Shown piece by piece: positions 55,084 to 63,113 of a stretch of DNA of 64,000 bases (the stretch's first letter is position 1; every line of letters starts with the position of its first letter). Made by a program: the position numbers and the translations under genes. This DNA comes from a virus (Duplodnaviria > Caudoviricetes). The notes beneath the pieces are model-generated. The model saw only the letters and a list, made by a program, of their open reading frames with translations, did no database searches and was not told where the DNA came from. The stretch is taken from the IMG/VR virus record IMGVR_UViG_3300042691_038938; one strand, given 5' to 3'.

Positions 55084-55518
55084 ATGAACGAAGAAACCAA
55101 GCAAAAGATCTCCGCTAAATTTCAGGAACGACGTGCTGATATCTCAAAAGAGATCTATGCTAACATAGAAAAGCTCTCCAACCTAAAGACTCTAAAGGAG
55201 GCTCAGGTCAACATGCTCTCCCTACGTCAGCGACTGCTTGAGGACAATCACACTTTGCTGGAACACATCACGATATTGCGTAAGAAATATCGAGAAGAAC
55301 GAGCGGTCGAGCTTGAGAACGTTTCTAGAAACCTGCAGCTCAGGTATCAGGCAAACGAGAAGACTGTCGTGATTGACGGTCGTACTTCTGCGACTAAAGA
55401 ATCTCTTGAAATGTTTGAGACCCAAGTCTCCTTCTTCAATGAGTCGATCAAGACCATCGATAACATCATCTTCGGGATCAAGACGAGACTTGATATAGAA
55501 AAGACCTTAGGTCTATAA
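55084..55518 (+). CDS. UvsY-like recombination mediator
   Basis: Helical 144 aa, C-terminal SIKTIDNIIFGIKTRLDIEK, immediately upstream of UvsW as in T4-like phages. Confidence 0.55.
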   Translation: MNEETKQKISAKFQERRADISKEIYANIEKLSNLKTLKEAQVNMLSLRQRLLEDNHTLLEHITILRKKYREERAVELENVSRNLQLRYQANEKTVVIDGRTSATKESLEMFETQVSFFNESIKTIDNIIFGIKTRLDIEKTLGL

Positions 55519-55528
55519 AATCTTCATT

Positions 55529-57103
55529 GTGTTAAAGTTTAAGCTCACACCCGACCGTAAATTCATTAAGCTTGTAGATTTTAATCTCAATATGGAAAGG
55601 ACTGCGCTCTTTAATTTCTTTAAGAAGAAATCGAAGAAGGCTGCATTCAATGTGCTTGTTGATCGTGGCATCTGGGACGGAATGGATCCATTCATCACTA
55701 AGAACGGAGAGATCGCAGTTGGTTTATGGAAGGAAATCTATAATTTTTCTGAAAGGAGCGGTTTTGAGTGTGAGATCGAGGGAGCAGAAGGTTTTGTGAA
55801 TAAGAACCTAGATAGGGACAAGTATTTAGGATATGTCAAGAACTTATTAGACGGAATAGTCGACGAACGCGGCAACCCAATCATTCCTCGAGACTATCAG
55901 GTAGAAGGAGCATTTAGAGCAATAAAGTATAAGTTCTGTACTCAAGAGTTGGCGACTTCTGCTGGAAAGACTCTGATCTTCTATATCTATAACTCATTCC
56001 TAAGAGACGGCGGCAAGATCAGTAAGGAGAAAAAGTCACTCATTATTGTGCCGAACATCTCACTAGTCGGTCAGACTGCCGAAAAGTTCATCATGTACGC
56101 CAAGCCTGGAAAGGAGTGGAATGTCTGTTCGATTGGAGGTAAGGATAAGTTCACTCAGGAAAGATTCGATCAAGCAGAGATAGTGATATCCACATATCAG
56201 AGCTTAGTGAACCTGGATCCTAACCTGTTCAAATCATTCTCAGTCGTGCAAGTGGATGAAGTTCACAAGTCAAAGGGTAATTCCATTCGGGACATACTGC
56301 TCTCTTGTACTAATTGGGAATATCGGTTGGGTCTTTCAGGAACGGTGAAATTAGACGAGCAATTCTCAGACTTTTTCAGAGTTCAAGAGAACGTTGGACC
56401 ACTAGTGATGGTGCTCTCAGCAAAACATCTCATCGATAATGGTTATTCACCTAACATCAAGATCAAGATGGTGGAGGTGATGTATGATACGACAGACCCT
56501 CAGATCCAGAAATACTGGCACCTAAAGTCTACCGGCAAGGACATGTACAAGAATCCCAAGGATTTCGGTAGGGACATGTTGGCAATCGAAAAGGGAATCA
56601 TCTTTGAGAGCAAGGAAAGATTAGATTTCATTAGCGATCTAGTAAGAAAGTTTGAAAAGAACTCTCTCATACTCTTTTCAGACGTAAAGAACGGCTATGG
56701 CAAACTGATCCAGTCAAAGTTACTTGAGTGGAATCCGGATACTTTTTACATCGACGGTGAGGTAGACTCACTTGATCGAGACAAGTTTAAGGATATATTG
56801 GAATCTAAGGACGGAGTGGTGATAGTAGCGTCGTATGGAACCTTTGCTACTGGAATCGATTCCAAGAACCTGCACCACATCATACTCGCAGAGTCAACTA
56901 AGGCCGAGGTTACTCTTCGACAAGCGATAGGCCGAGGTATGCGAAAGCTCGCGGAAAAGACTAATGTGATGGTTTGGGATCTAGTCGATCAGCTAGATGG
57001 ATATTCAGTAAAGCATTCAAAGGTAAGAAAGGAGATCTATCAAGAACAGAAGTTTGAGATATCTAAGAGTCAAGTAGACTTAACAAAAAAGCGATCTGAG
57101 TAG
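55529..57103 (+). CDS. uvsW: UvsW-like SF2 helicase
   Basis: PRDYQ, ATSAGKT, DEVH, GLSGT, ASYGTFATGID, QAIGRGMR. Confidence 0.92.
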   Translation: MLKFKLTPDRKFIKLVDFNLNMERTALFNFFKKKSKKAAFNVLVDRGIWDGMDPFITKNGEIAVGLWKEIYNFSERSGFECEIEGAEGFVNKNLDRDKYLGYVKNLLDGIVDERGNPIIPRDYQVEGAFRAIKYKFCTQELATSAGKTLIFYIYNSFLRDGGKISKEKKSLIIVPNISLVGQTAEKFIMYAKPGKEWNVCSIGGKDKFTQERFDQAEIVISTYQSLVNLDPNLFKSFSVVQVDEVHKSKGNSIRDILLSCTNWEYRLGLSGTVKLDEQFSDFFRVQENVGPLVMVLSAKHLIDNGYSPNIKIKMVEVMYDTTDPQIQKYWHLKSTGKDMYKNPKDFGRDMLAIEKGIIFESKERLDFISDLVRKFEKNSLILFSDVKNGYGKLIQSKLLEWNPDTFYIDGEVDSLDRDKFKDILESKDGVVIVASYGTFATGIDSKNLHHIILAESTKAEVTLRQAIGRGMRKLAEKTNVMVWDLVDQLDGYSVKHSKVRKEIYQEQKFEISKSQVDLTKKRSE

Positions 57104-57112
57104 ATCGCTTTT
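57087..57112. terminator. bidirectional terminator
   Basis: AAAAGCGATCT-GAGT-AGATCGCTTTT between convergent genes. Confidence 0.8.
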
Positions 57113-57133
57113 CACATCTATTGAAAACTAAGA

Positions 57134-57475
57134 TCAGTAGTTACTCATGTCCCAATTAGGTTCATCTTCGCCAGTCTCAGGATTTCTTAAAAGGTCTAGC
57201 GCGTGTTCTAAACCTGCCTTTATATCCTCAATTGAATTATAAGAAGACATTCCACTAACAAACATTTTAGCTAGCTTACGATCTCCGCTTAATTCTGTAA
57301 ACAACATCTCTAATTGAGTTTGCTCTTCTGGAGTAAGCTCATCATATTGAGCCTTTTGTCCCCTTCCTCCAACTAGTTCAGATCTAAGTCGAGTTGATTT
57401 ACTCTCTGGCTCTGAGCCATAATAGTATCCTTCATTTATGAATCGACCGAAAGGTTTTACATGATTTCTTTTCAT
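57134..57475 (-). CDS. putative internal head protein (capsid-targeting-like leader)
   Basis: MKRNHVKPFGRFINEG leader; AATAAATA at 57494-57501. Confidence 0.6.
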   Translation of the reverse strand: MKRNHVKPFGRFINEGYYYGSEPESKSTRLRSELVGGRGQKAQYDELTPEEQTQLEMLFTELSGDRKLAKMFVSGMSSYNSIEDIKAGLEHALDLLRNPETGEDEPNWDMSNY

Positions 57476-57492
57476 GAGTATTATTATTTTTT

Positions 57493-58257
57493 TTATTTAT
57501 TTAGCTTCTCAGCATTTTCAATCTTTTCAAAAACTTTTTCTATCTTCTTGATTATAGGGTGCCGAACGATATCATCAGTCGATAGCCGAGCCATACCAAT
57601 CTCCTCAATCTCCACGAAATATTCCATCAAGATCTCAAGCGCGCTCTTTTGATTCTTATTAACTGACTTTTGCTTGATGTCTCCTAAGAAGACCATCTTT
57701 GAATTCATTCCGATCCTGGTGATTAGAGTATGCAGGTGATCCTTTGCGATCTGCTGAGCCTCATCTATCAAGATGATTGAATCGTCTAACGTGACTCCTA
57801 GAGCAAACTTTATCGGCAGGATCTCGATCTTTCCGGCCGCCTTAAGAAACTCGGTCGCAGGCTTGCCAATCACTTTATGAAAGTTAGAGATGAATGGATA
57901 CATGTACATCTCCATCTTCTCCTCAAGAGTTCCCTTTAAGTAACCTATCTCCTCGTCCTTAGGAACGTTGACTGACTTTATTAGGATGATCTTTTTATAG
58001 GTTCCTGGATCGTCCTTTAAGTACTTGAGAGCTCTAGCGCAAGAGAGGTATGTCTTACCCGTCCCTGGAGGACCTGTCACTATCGATATATCGTGATTCT
58101 CAATGGCGTTTATTGCATCCTTTTGTGCCTTTGATCTACATTTTATGTCTATCCTTTCGTTAAAATTCTTTGAAGTCTCAATCGCTTCTCTCTCCTTGGA
58201 CCACAGGTCAAAGTCTTCTTGTTCTTCCTTGTTTAGTTGATTCTTTTTTCTTGCCAT
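57493..58257 (-). CDS. phoH: PhoH-family ATPase
   Basis: GPPGTGKT, IGYLKGTLEEK, DEAQ, RIG, GD..Q, DIVRHP. Confidence 0.92.
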   Translation of the reverse strand: MARKKNQLNKEEQEDFDLWSKEREAIETSKNFNERIDIKCRSKAQKDAINAIENHDISIVTGPPGTGKTYLSCARALKYLKDDPGTYKKIILIKSVNVPKDEEIGYLKGTLEEKMEMYMYPFISNFHKVIGKPATEFLKAAGKIEILPIKFALGVTLDDSIILIDEAQQIAKDHLHTLITRIGMNSKMVFLGDIKQKSVNKNQKSALEILMEYFVEIEEIGMARLSTDDIVRHPIIKKIEKVFEKIENAEKLNK

Positions 58258-58260
58258 GCA

Positions 58261-58887
58261 TCAGTATATTTTAGCAGCGATCACGACACCAAGTATTATC
58301 CTAGAGTAGTGTAACTGAAAGTTAAGAAAGCCAGTAACGGCTTTGAATTGTCTTTCTGAGTATTCAGTAGACTTTATTGAGGCCTCACTCAGTTTCTGTA
58401 AGCCTAATTTTATTTTGGATGTTAAGACAGTATCGTATATTCCCAAGAACTCGTTAAGTATCTCGCCGAAGTCTAGGCTCAACATGTGGTCGCAACCAAG
58501 TTCCTTAGTGAATTTTTTACCTAGTTTTATTGCTTTGCTCTTTTGGATCAGGTCATCTTCTTCTAGCGCCTTGTCGATGGTAAGTCGAATCGCATCCATC
58601 TTCTTGATCCTTTCAGACTCTTCCGCTATCCAATCAAGGTCATCCCTTGAGACAGATATCGCAACCTTTGAGTCATTATCATAATAATAAAAGCTTACGG
58701 TTTCAGTCATTCCGCTCTCTCCTATCATGTCAATTAGAAGCGGAGATATTCCCAACTGTAAGTAATCTTTCCCTTTCTCCTCTAACTTAATGTCGTATTC
58801 TTCGAACGGAAATACCGACATAAAGGGAAGGGCTGAGAACAGGTCTTTCGTCTTGTCTAGACTGCTTTCGTTTTCGAGCTCTTCCAT
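58261..58887 (-). CDS. hypothetical protein
   Basis: 208-aa ORF with late box at 58904-58911. Confidence 0.7.
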   Translation of the reverse strand: MEELENESSLDKTKDLFSALPFMSVFPFEEYDIKLEEKGKDYLQLGISPLLIDMIGESGMTETVSFYYYDNDSKVAISVSRDDLDWIAEESERIKKMDAIRLTIDKALEEDDLIQKSKAIKLGKKFTKELGCDHMLSLDFGEILNEFLGIYDTVLTSKIKLGLQKLSEASIKSTEYSERQFKAVTGFLNFQLHYSRIILGVVIAAKIY

Positions 58888-58903
58888 AACTGAGTCTTTT
58901 TAT

Positions 58904-58911
58904 TATTTATC
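58904..58911 (-). promoter_or_regulatory. late promoter-like GATAAATA
   Basis: Recurrent motif. Confidence 0.6.
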
Positions 58912-58971
58912 TGACTTTTACAGGTCTTAAGTTTAAGGTCCCTCGAAGATTTAGTATTTTATTTAAGATCA

Positions 58972-58998
58972 AAACTTAAGCGTCTAAAAAAGTATAAC
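58972..58998 (+). promoter_or_regulatory. putative promoter AAACTT-N15-TATAAC
   Basis: Directly upstream of the polymerase fragment ATG. Confidence 0.5.
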
Positions 58999-59004
58999 TT
59001 TTAT

Positions 59005-60438
59005 ATGGAGGACAAATCAAAGAAAATAAAAAAGCTGGATCTAAAGCAGAATGCGATCAAGATCCTAATTAACTCGATATACGGAGCATTCGGTAACAAG
59101 TGGTTCTATTTTTACAATCCGGATATCGCTCAATCGATCACCCTTCAGGGTCAAGACCTAATAAAGTTCTCCATCAAGGCTGTGAATCACTATTTTCAAG
59201 AGAGATGGCACCTCGATAAGGAGCTGCACAGTCTACTTGGACTTGATGGATATACTATAAACAAGATAGATGATGTCGCAGCGATCTATACTGACACTGA
59301 CTCGATCTATGTACAGTTTGACTCTGCGATAGATTCGATAATCGGTGCAAACTTCACAAAGGAAGAGATCCTTAACATCTGTATCAATATCGACAAACAT
59401 CGACTCTCTAGTTATTTCGACCAGTGTTTCGAAAGATACGGAAAGATATTCAATACGAAGAACCGACTTAAATTCAAATTGGAAAACCTTTCTGAACACG
59501 GAATCTGGTTAAAGAAGAAGAACTATGCTATTCGAGTGGCATATGAACCCAATCCTAGCTATGAGACTATTCCTCAAGAGAAGAGATACCTTGTGATCAA
59601 GGGTCTCGAATCCATCAAGGGATCGTATCCAATCTGGGCCAGAAAAAAGCTTGAATCGCTTTACTCATTTATTCTAAATCGAGGTAAACGTCTCGACATT
59701 GAGAAGGACATCATTCCGACTCTTCTTGAGATCAAGAAAGAGTTCATGAGCCTGCATCCAGACGAGCTTGCATTCAACTATAAGATTAGGGTCTATAATA
59801 AATACGTAGCGAGTGAGGCTAAGCTCGACTTAAAGAAGGGCATATCAATATTCCCAAGAGCAGCTGCCATCTACAATCACACTCTAATCAAGACCAGTCT
59901 GACTGATCGCTATCCAAAGTTGAGAGAAGGTGACAAGATCAAGTTTTATTACTGTAATCCTGAAGAGAATGACGGTGGATTTGACGTGTTCGCCTATTCT
60001 CCAGGTTCTTATCCTGATGAAATCGTTCCCAAGATGGACATGAATCTGCAGTTCTTCTCACTAATCGTCGAACCCATCAATAGGTTTCTTTTTGCGATGA
60101 ACCTAGGTCAACTCGATCAAAACTTAAAAAGAGCAATTGAAGTGGTCACGATCAAGAGCAAGAAAGTTCTATCTCAAAACCTAACTCATCCTCTCTTTGT
60201 AGTAGATCAAGCTAGTCTACAATACGAGCCTGTGCCCGAGAAGTTTTGGACAACTATTGGTAATCCAGAGAAGGAGGTCGAGACGCAAGACTTTCAAGAA
60301 TATCTTAGCGTCATTACTCGATATGGTCTAAACTCAGTAATAGTCCCAGAGCCAGAGCTTGAAAAGTACATCAAGCGTCTCTCTAAAAAGAAGGAAAAGG
60401 TAGAGTCTGAACTTGAGGTAGAGGAAGAAAATGTTTGA
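59005..60438 (+). CDS. family B DNA polymerase, C-terminal half (split gp43)
   Basis: Starts at motif B (KQNAIKILINSIYGAFGN), SITLQGQ, motif C YTDTDS, KKNYA, IKGLE; no exonuclease domain or motif A. Confidence 0.9.
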   Translation: MEDKSKKIKKLDLKQNAIKILINSIYGAFGNKWFYFYNPDIAQSITLQGQDLIKFSIKAVNHYFQERWHLDKELHSLLGLDGYTINKIDDVAAIYTDTDSIYVQFDSAIDSIIGANFTKEEILNICINIDKHRLSSYFDQCFERYGKIFNTKNRLKFKLENLSEHGIWLKKKNYAIRVAYEPNPSYETIPQEKRYLVIKGLESIKGSYPIWARKKLESLYSFILNRGKRLDIEKDIIPTLLEIKKEFMSLHPDELAFNYKIRVYNKYVASEAKLDLKKGISIFPRAAAIYNHTLIKTSLTDRYPKLREGDKIKFYYCNPEENDGGFDVFAYSPGSYPDEIVPKMDMNLQFFSLIVEPINRFLFAMNLGQLDQNLKRAIEVVTIKSKKVLSQNLTHPLFVVDQASLQYEPVPEKFWTTIGNPEKEVETQDFQEYLSVITRYGLNSVIVPEPELEKYIKRLSKKKEKVESELEVEEENV

Positions 60439-61564
60439 TATCTTGACCAATTACAGTATACCTGAATTTGTTAGAGACCTCCTAAAAAAGAGGTTTCCTG
60501 GAGACAGGTTAAAACAGACTGTACACGACGCTGGAGATAAGCTTAACTTTGCATGCCCTTACTGTGGGGATTCCAAGACTGATTCCAAGAAGAAGAGAGG
60601 TAACCTCTATCCTGAGAGAGGATTCTATAAGTGTTACAACGACGGGTGTTCCATCAAGGTGGATACTGCAAAGTTCGTCTCAAAATACGCTCAGACGTAT
60701 GGATTAGAGATCCCAAGCGTCAAGGCTGTTGAACCGCAATGGGTACACAACACTTCCAAGAAGAAAAAAGGCTCCCTTATCGAGCTCCTAATAAATCGAA
60801 ACATCGGATCATCCCTATTAGAAATAGATTATCTGGTCTCTAGGTTTTCTTTAACTCCCTGCAAAGAGGCCGACTTTGGATCTAGAATAGGGCAGTTTGT
60901 GGAGAGTCGAGGACTTAAAGGAATACCCACATTTGATGACTGTTGCTACTTCGATTCAAGCCAGAACAAGGTGTATCTCTTTAACGTCGACCTAAAATCA
61001 AAGAAGATCTTGGGATTTGCTATTCGTCGATTAGACCAAGTGAGCGGTCCAAAGTACTTGATCAAGAACTATGCTGAACTAAAGAAAAACGGGCTAGTTC
61101 CTTCGCTAAACGATGAGGTGATAGGGGACATAGATTCTCTGAATAATTACTTTAACGTTTTTAACGTTGACTTCACCAAGCCAGTCTTTGTGACTGAGGG
61201 TCAGATTGATGCAATGTTTCTTCAAAACGCGATAGCCACGACTGGAGTCTCTAAGAGTAAGCTGCTTCTTGAGAACCTTCTCTCTAAGAACTCTGCCCTC
61301 ATCTTCTTCGATAGTGACCTTGCTGGAAAAAAGCAGTCGATTGAGCTCATTAAGAAAGGATATCGAGTCTTCCTATGGAGCAAGGTGATGAATGACTTAA
61401 AAATAAAGTACAAAGCCGATCGATTTGAAGTGTCTCTAATAAAAGACGTTAACGACTTGTTCCAATTCATTCATTCAAGAGAAGAAGGGTTCGGGTTTGA
61501 CGAATTTAACTCATTTGTTCTAGATTACTTTTCAGAATCGCCTCTAGATCTCATCTTGGTGTAG
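60431..61564 (+). CDS. DNA primase (gp61-like)
   Basis: Zinc ribbon CPYCGD...CYNDGC; TOPRIM VTEGQIDAMF and FFDSD. Confidence 0.88.
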   Translation: MFDILTNYSIPEFVRDLLKKRFPGDRLKQTVHDAGDKLNFACPYCGDSKTDSKKKRGNLYPERGFYKCYNDGCSIKVDTAKFVSKYAQTYGLEIPSVKAVEPQWVHNTSKKKKGSLIELLINRNIGSSLLEIDYLVSRFSLTPCKEADFGSRIGQFVESRGLKGIPTFDDCCYFDSSQNKVYLFNVDLKSKKILGFAIRRLDQVSGPKYLIKNYAELKKNGLVPSLNDEVIGDIDSLNNYFNVFNVDFTKPVFVTEGQIDAMFLQNAIATTGVSKSKLLLENLLSKNSALIFFDSDLAGKKQSIELIKKGYRVFLWSKVMNDLKIKYKADRFEVSLIKDVNDLFQFIHSREEGFGFDEFNSFVLDYFSESPLDLILV

Positions 61565-61571
61565 ATAAATA
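61564..61571 (+). promoter_or_regulatory. late promoter-like GATAAATA
   Basis: Upstream of ATG 61591. Confidence 0.6.
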
Positions 61572-61590
61572 ACAAAAAGATCAAAAATTC

Positions 61591-61896
61591 ATGAAAAGAA
61601 GAATTTTATCGCTTAGAGACTATCGTCTTTATGAGTCTATCGATGAAAACGTTGACTTAAACATTGATACTGCTATCCTAGATGAGCTAGTTGAACTCGT
61701 TGGATCAGAAGAGGACGTTGAAGAGGCTGCAAAAGCTGCTTTTGAGGACTTATCGGCTGCCGCTAAATCTAATCAAGTTGAAATGACGGAAGGCGACGTT
61801 CCTGAAAAGCTAGCGATGGCTGCATTACTAGTAAAACTTGTTGAAATGGGAAAACTCGATCCAACTAATGCTGATAAGCTCATGGAAAAAGTATAA
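61591..61896 (+). CDS. putative internal head protein (capsid-targeting-like leader)
   Basis: MKRRILSLRDYRLYESID leader, then acidic helices. Confidence 0.6.
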   Translation: MKRRILSLRDYRLYESIDENVDLNIDTAILDELVELVGSEEDVEEAAKAAFEDLSAAAKSNQVEMTEGDVPEKLAMAALLVKLVEMGKLDPTNADKLMEKV

Positions 61897-61927
61897 TCCT
61901 TTACTTTTGTCATATAAAGGTTTGTCT

Positions 61928-61962
61928 AACCTCACTCGCTGCCACAAGAGTGAGGTTTTTTT
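61928..61962 (+). terminator. intrinsic terminator
   Basis: AACCTCACTC...GAGTGAGGTT followed by a T tract. Confidence 0.8.
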
Positions 61963-61967
61963 ATTTA

Positions 61968-61975
61968 GATAAATA
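61968..61975 (+). promoter_or_regulatory. late promoter-like GATAAATA
   Basis: Just upstream of the gp4-like ATG. Confidence 0.55.
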
Positions 61976-61981
61976 ATCTAT

Positions 61982-62482
61982 ATGAAAGAGAAGAGAGACA
62001 TACATGATTTCTTAAAACCACAAAGAGGAAAGGTCAAACAAGGATACTTTACTCCTCACAATCCTGAGAAATACAAGGGAGACGTGACCAAGATCATCTA
62101 TCGATCCAGTTGGGAACTTAAGTTTCTTCAGTATTGTGATAACAACGATCTAGTCGTTGAATATGCGTCTGAGCCAACTGGAATCGGGTATTGGAATCCT
62201 ATTCTTAAGAAGGAATCAACATACTGGGTAGACTGTTACATGGCTACTCGTTCACCCGAAGGAGTGATAACTAAGTGGATCATAGAGGTCAAACCCAATA
62301 AGTATCTCACTCCGCCTGAACCTCCAACTCGGCTTACTGAGAAAGCGACTCTTAATTATGCTCGTCATGCTAAGGCATACGTCATCAATGACGCTAAGTT
62401 CAAAGCAGCTAAAGTATACGCCAAGAAAAATAACATGCGTTTTGGGATCATAACAGAAAACTTTCTGTTCAACAAGGTGTAA
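61982..62482 (+). CDS. head completion nuclease (gp4-like, TnsA-N fold)
   Basis: QGYFTPHNPEKYKGD, YRSSWE.KF..YCD, ASEP, IEVKP, F.IITE. Confidence 0.9.
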   Translation: MKEKRDIHDFLKPQRGKVKQGYFTPHNPEKYKGDVTKIIYRSSWELKFLQYCDNNDLVVEYASEPTGIGYWNPILKKESTYWVDCYMATRSPEGVITKWIIEVKPNKYLTPPEPPTRLTEKATLNYARHAKAYVINDAKFKAAKVYAKKNNMRFGIITENFLFNKV

Positions 62483-62491
62483 AAGATAGTA

Positions 62492-63112
62492 TTGAAAAGA
62501 TTTAATCAAATAGAGAAGAATGATGGATCTATGACTTATGCAAGAGTCGCAGAAGAAGTGGGTATCTCTCAAAATCGGTTACGAATAATTCCAGGAAGGT
62601 TTTATGCACTAAAGACAATGGTGCCAACTCCGAACATCAATGAAGAATTCGTTAGACTTTGGACCAAGAAAAACTATTTGGACCTGAATCCAGTCGGACT
62701 TTTACTCTTTCATGAGAATTGGAAGGAGACCAACTTGATCTTGAATTTAAAGGTAATTCCGCCAGTTGCTCTTAACAAGATCCTTGAGACATATTGGGAG
62801 TTTTCTTTGGTGAATGGACTGGCTAACTTATTCAAGCCGGACGGATCTTTAATTCCTCTTGAAGAGAGAAGACTTATCGATCAACGATTCTATTTAATCA
62901 CTCCGACTACGTTAAGCAATGTATTAGGGATAGATAACTTAAATTACGCAATAAATAAATATGATATGGACTATGTCCTTGAGGCAAGGCTGATCGATTG
63001 GGATAACTATGGAAAGTTAGTCAATCCTCAGCTTTCACCGGAAGGACTCTATCCAGATCCAATAAATATAGCAAAAGTCTTTGAAGACTTTTTAGAAAAC
63101 TCAATAAAGTAA
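62492..63112 (+). CDS. gp2-like DNA end protector (tentative); TTG start
   Basis: PGRFY...D.NPV.L...LNL..IPP pattern resembles gp2; adjacent to gp4. Confidence 0.45.
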   Translation: MKRFNQIEKNDGSMTYARVAEEVGISQNRLRIIPGRFYALKTMVPTPNINEEFVRLWTKKNYLDLNPVGLLLFHENWKETNLILNLKVIPPVALNKILETYWEFSLVNGLANLFKPDGSLIPLEERRLIDQRFYLITPTTLSNVLGIDNLNYAINKYDMDYVLEARLIDWDNYGKLVNPQLSPEGLYPDPINIAKVFEDFLENSIK

Positions 63113-63113
63113 G

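Noticed and set aside
927-60438. Inteins or group I introns in helicases, topoisomerase or polymerase
   Set aside because: Lengths are ordinary, motifs are contiguous, and no intein termini or homing-endonuclease motifs are visible.
836-62572. The many antisense or out-of-frame ORFs in the track (e.g. 836..1066, 9727..10110, 18942..19265, 26767..27129, 32524..32937, 45385..45678, 58343..58684)
   Set aside because: They lie wholly inside well-supported genes, have Ser/Leu/Phe-rich shadow composition, and show no motifs or promoters.
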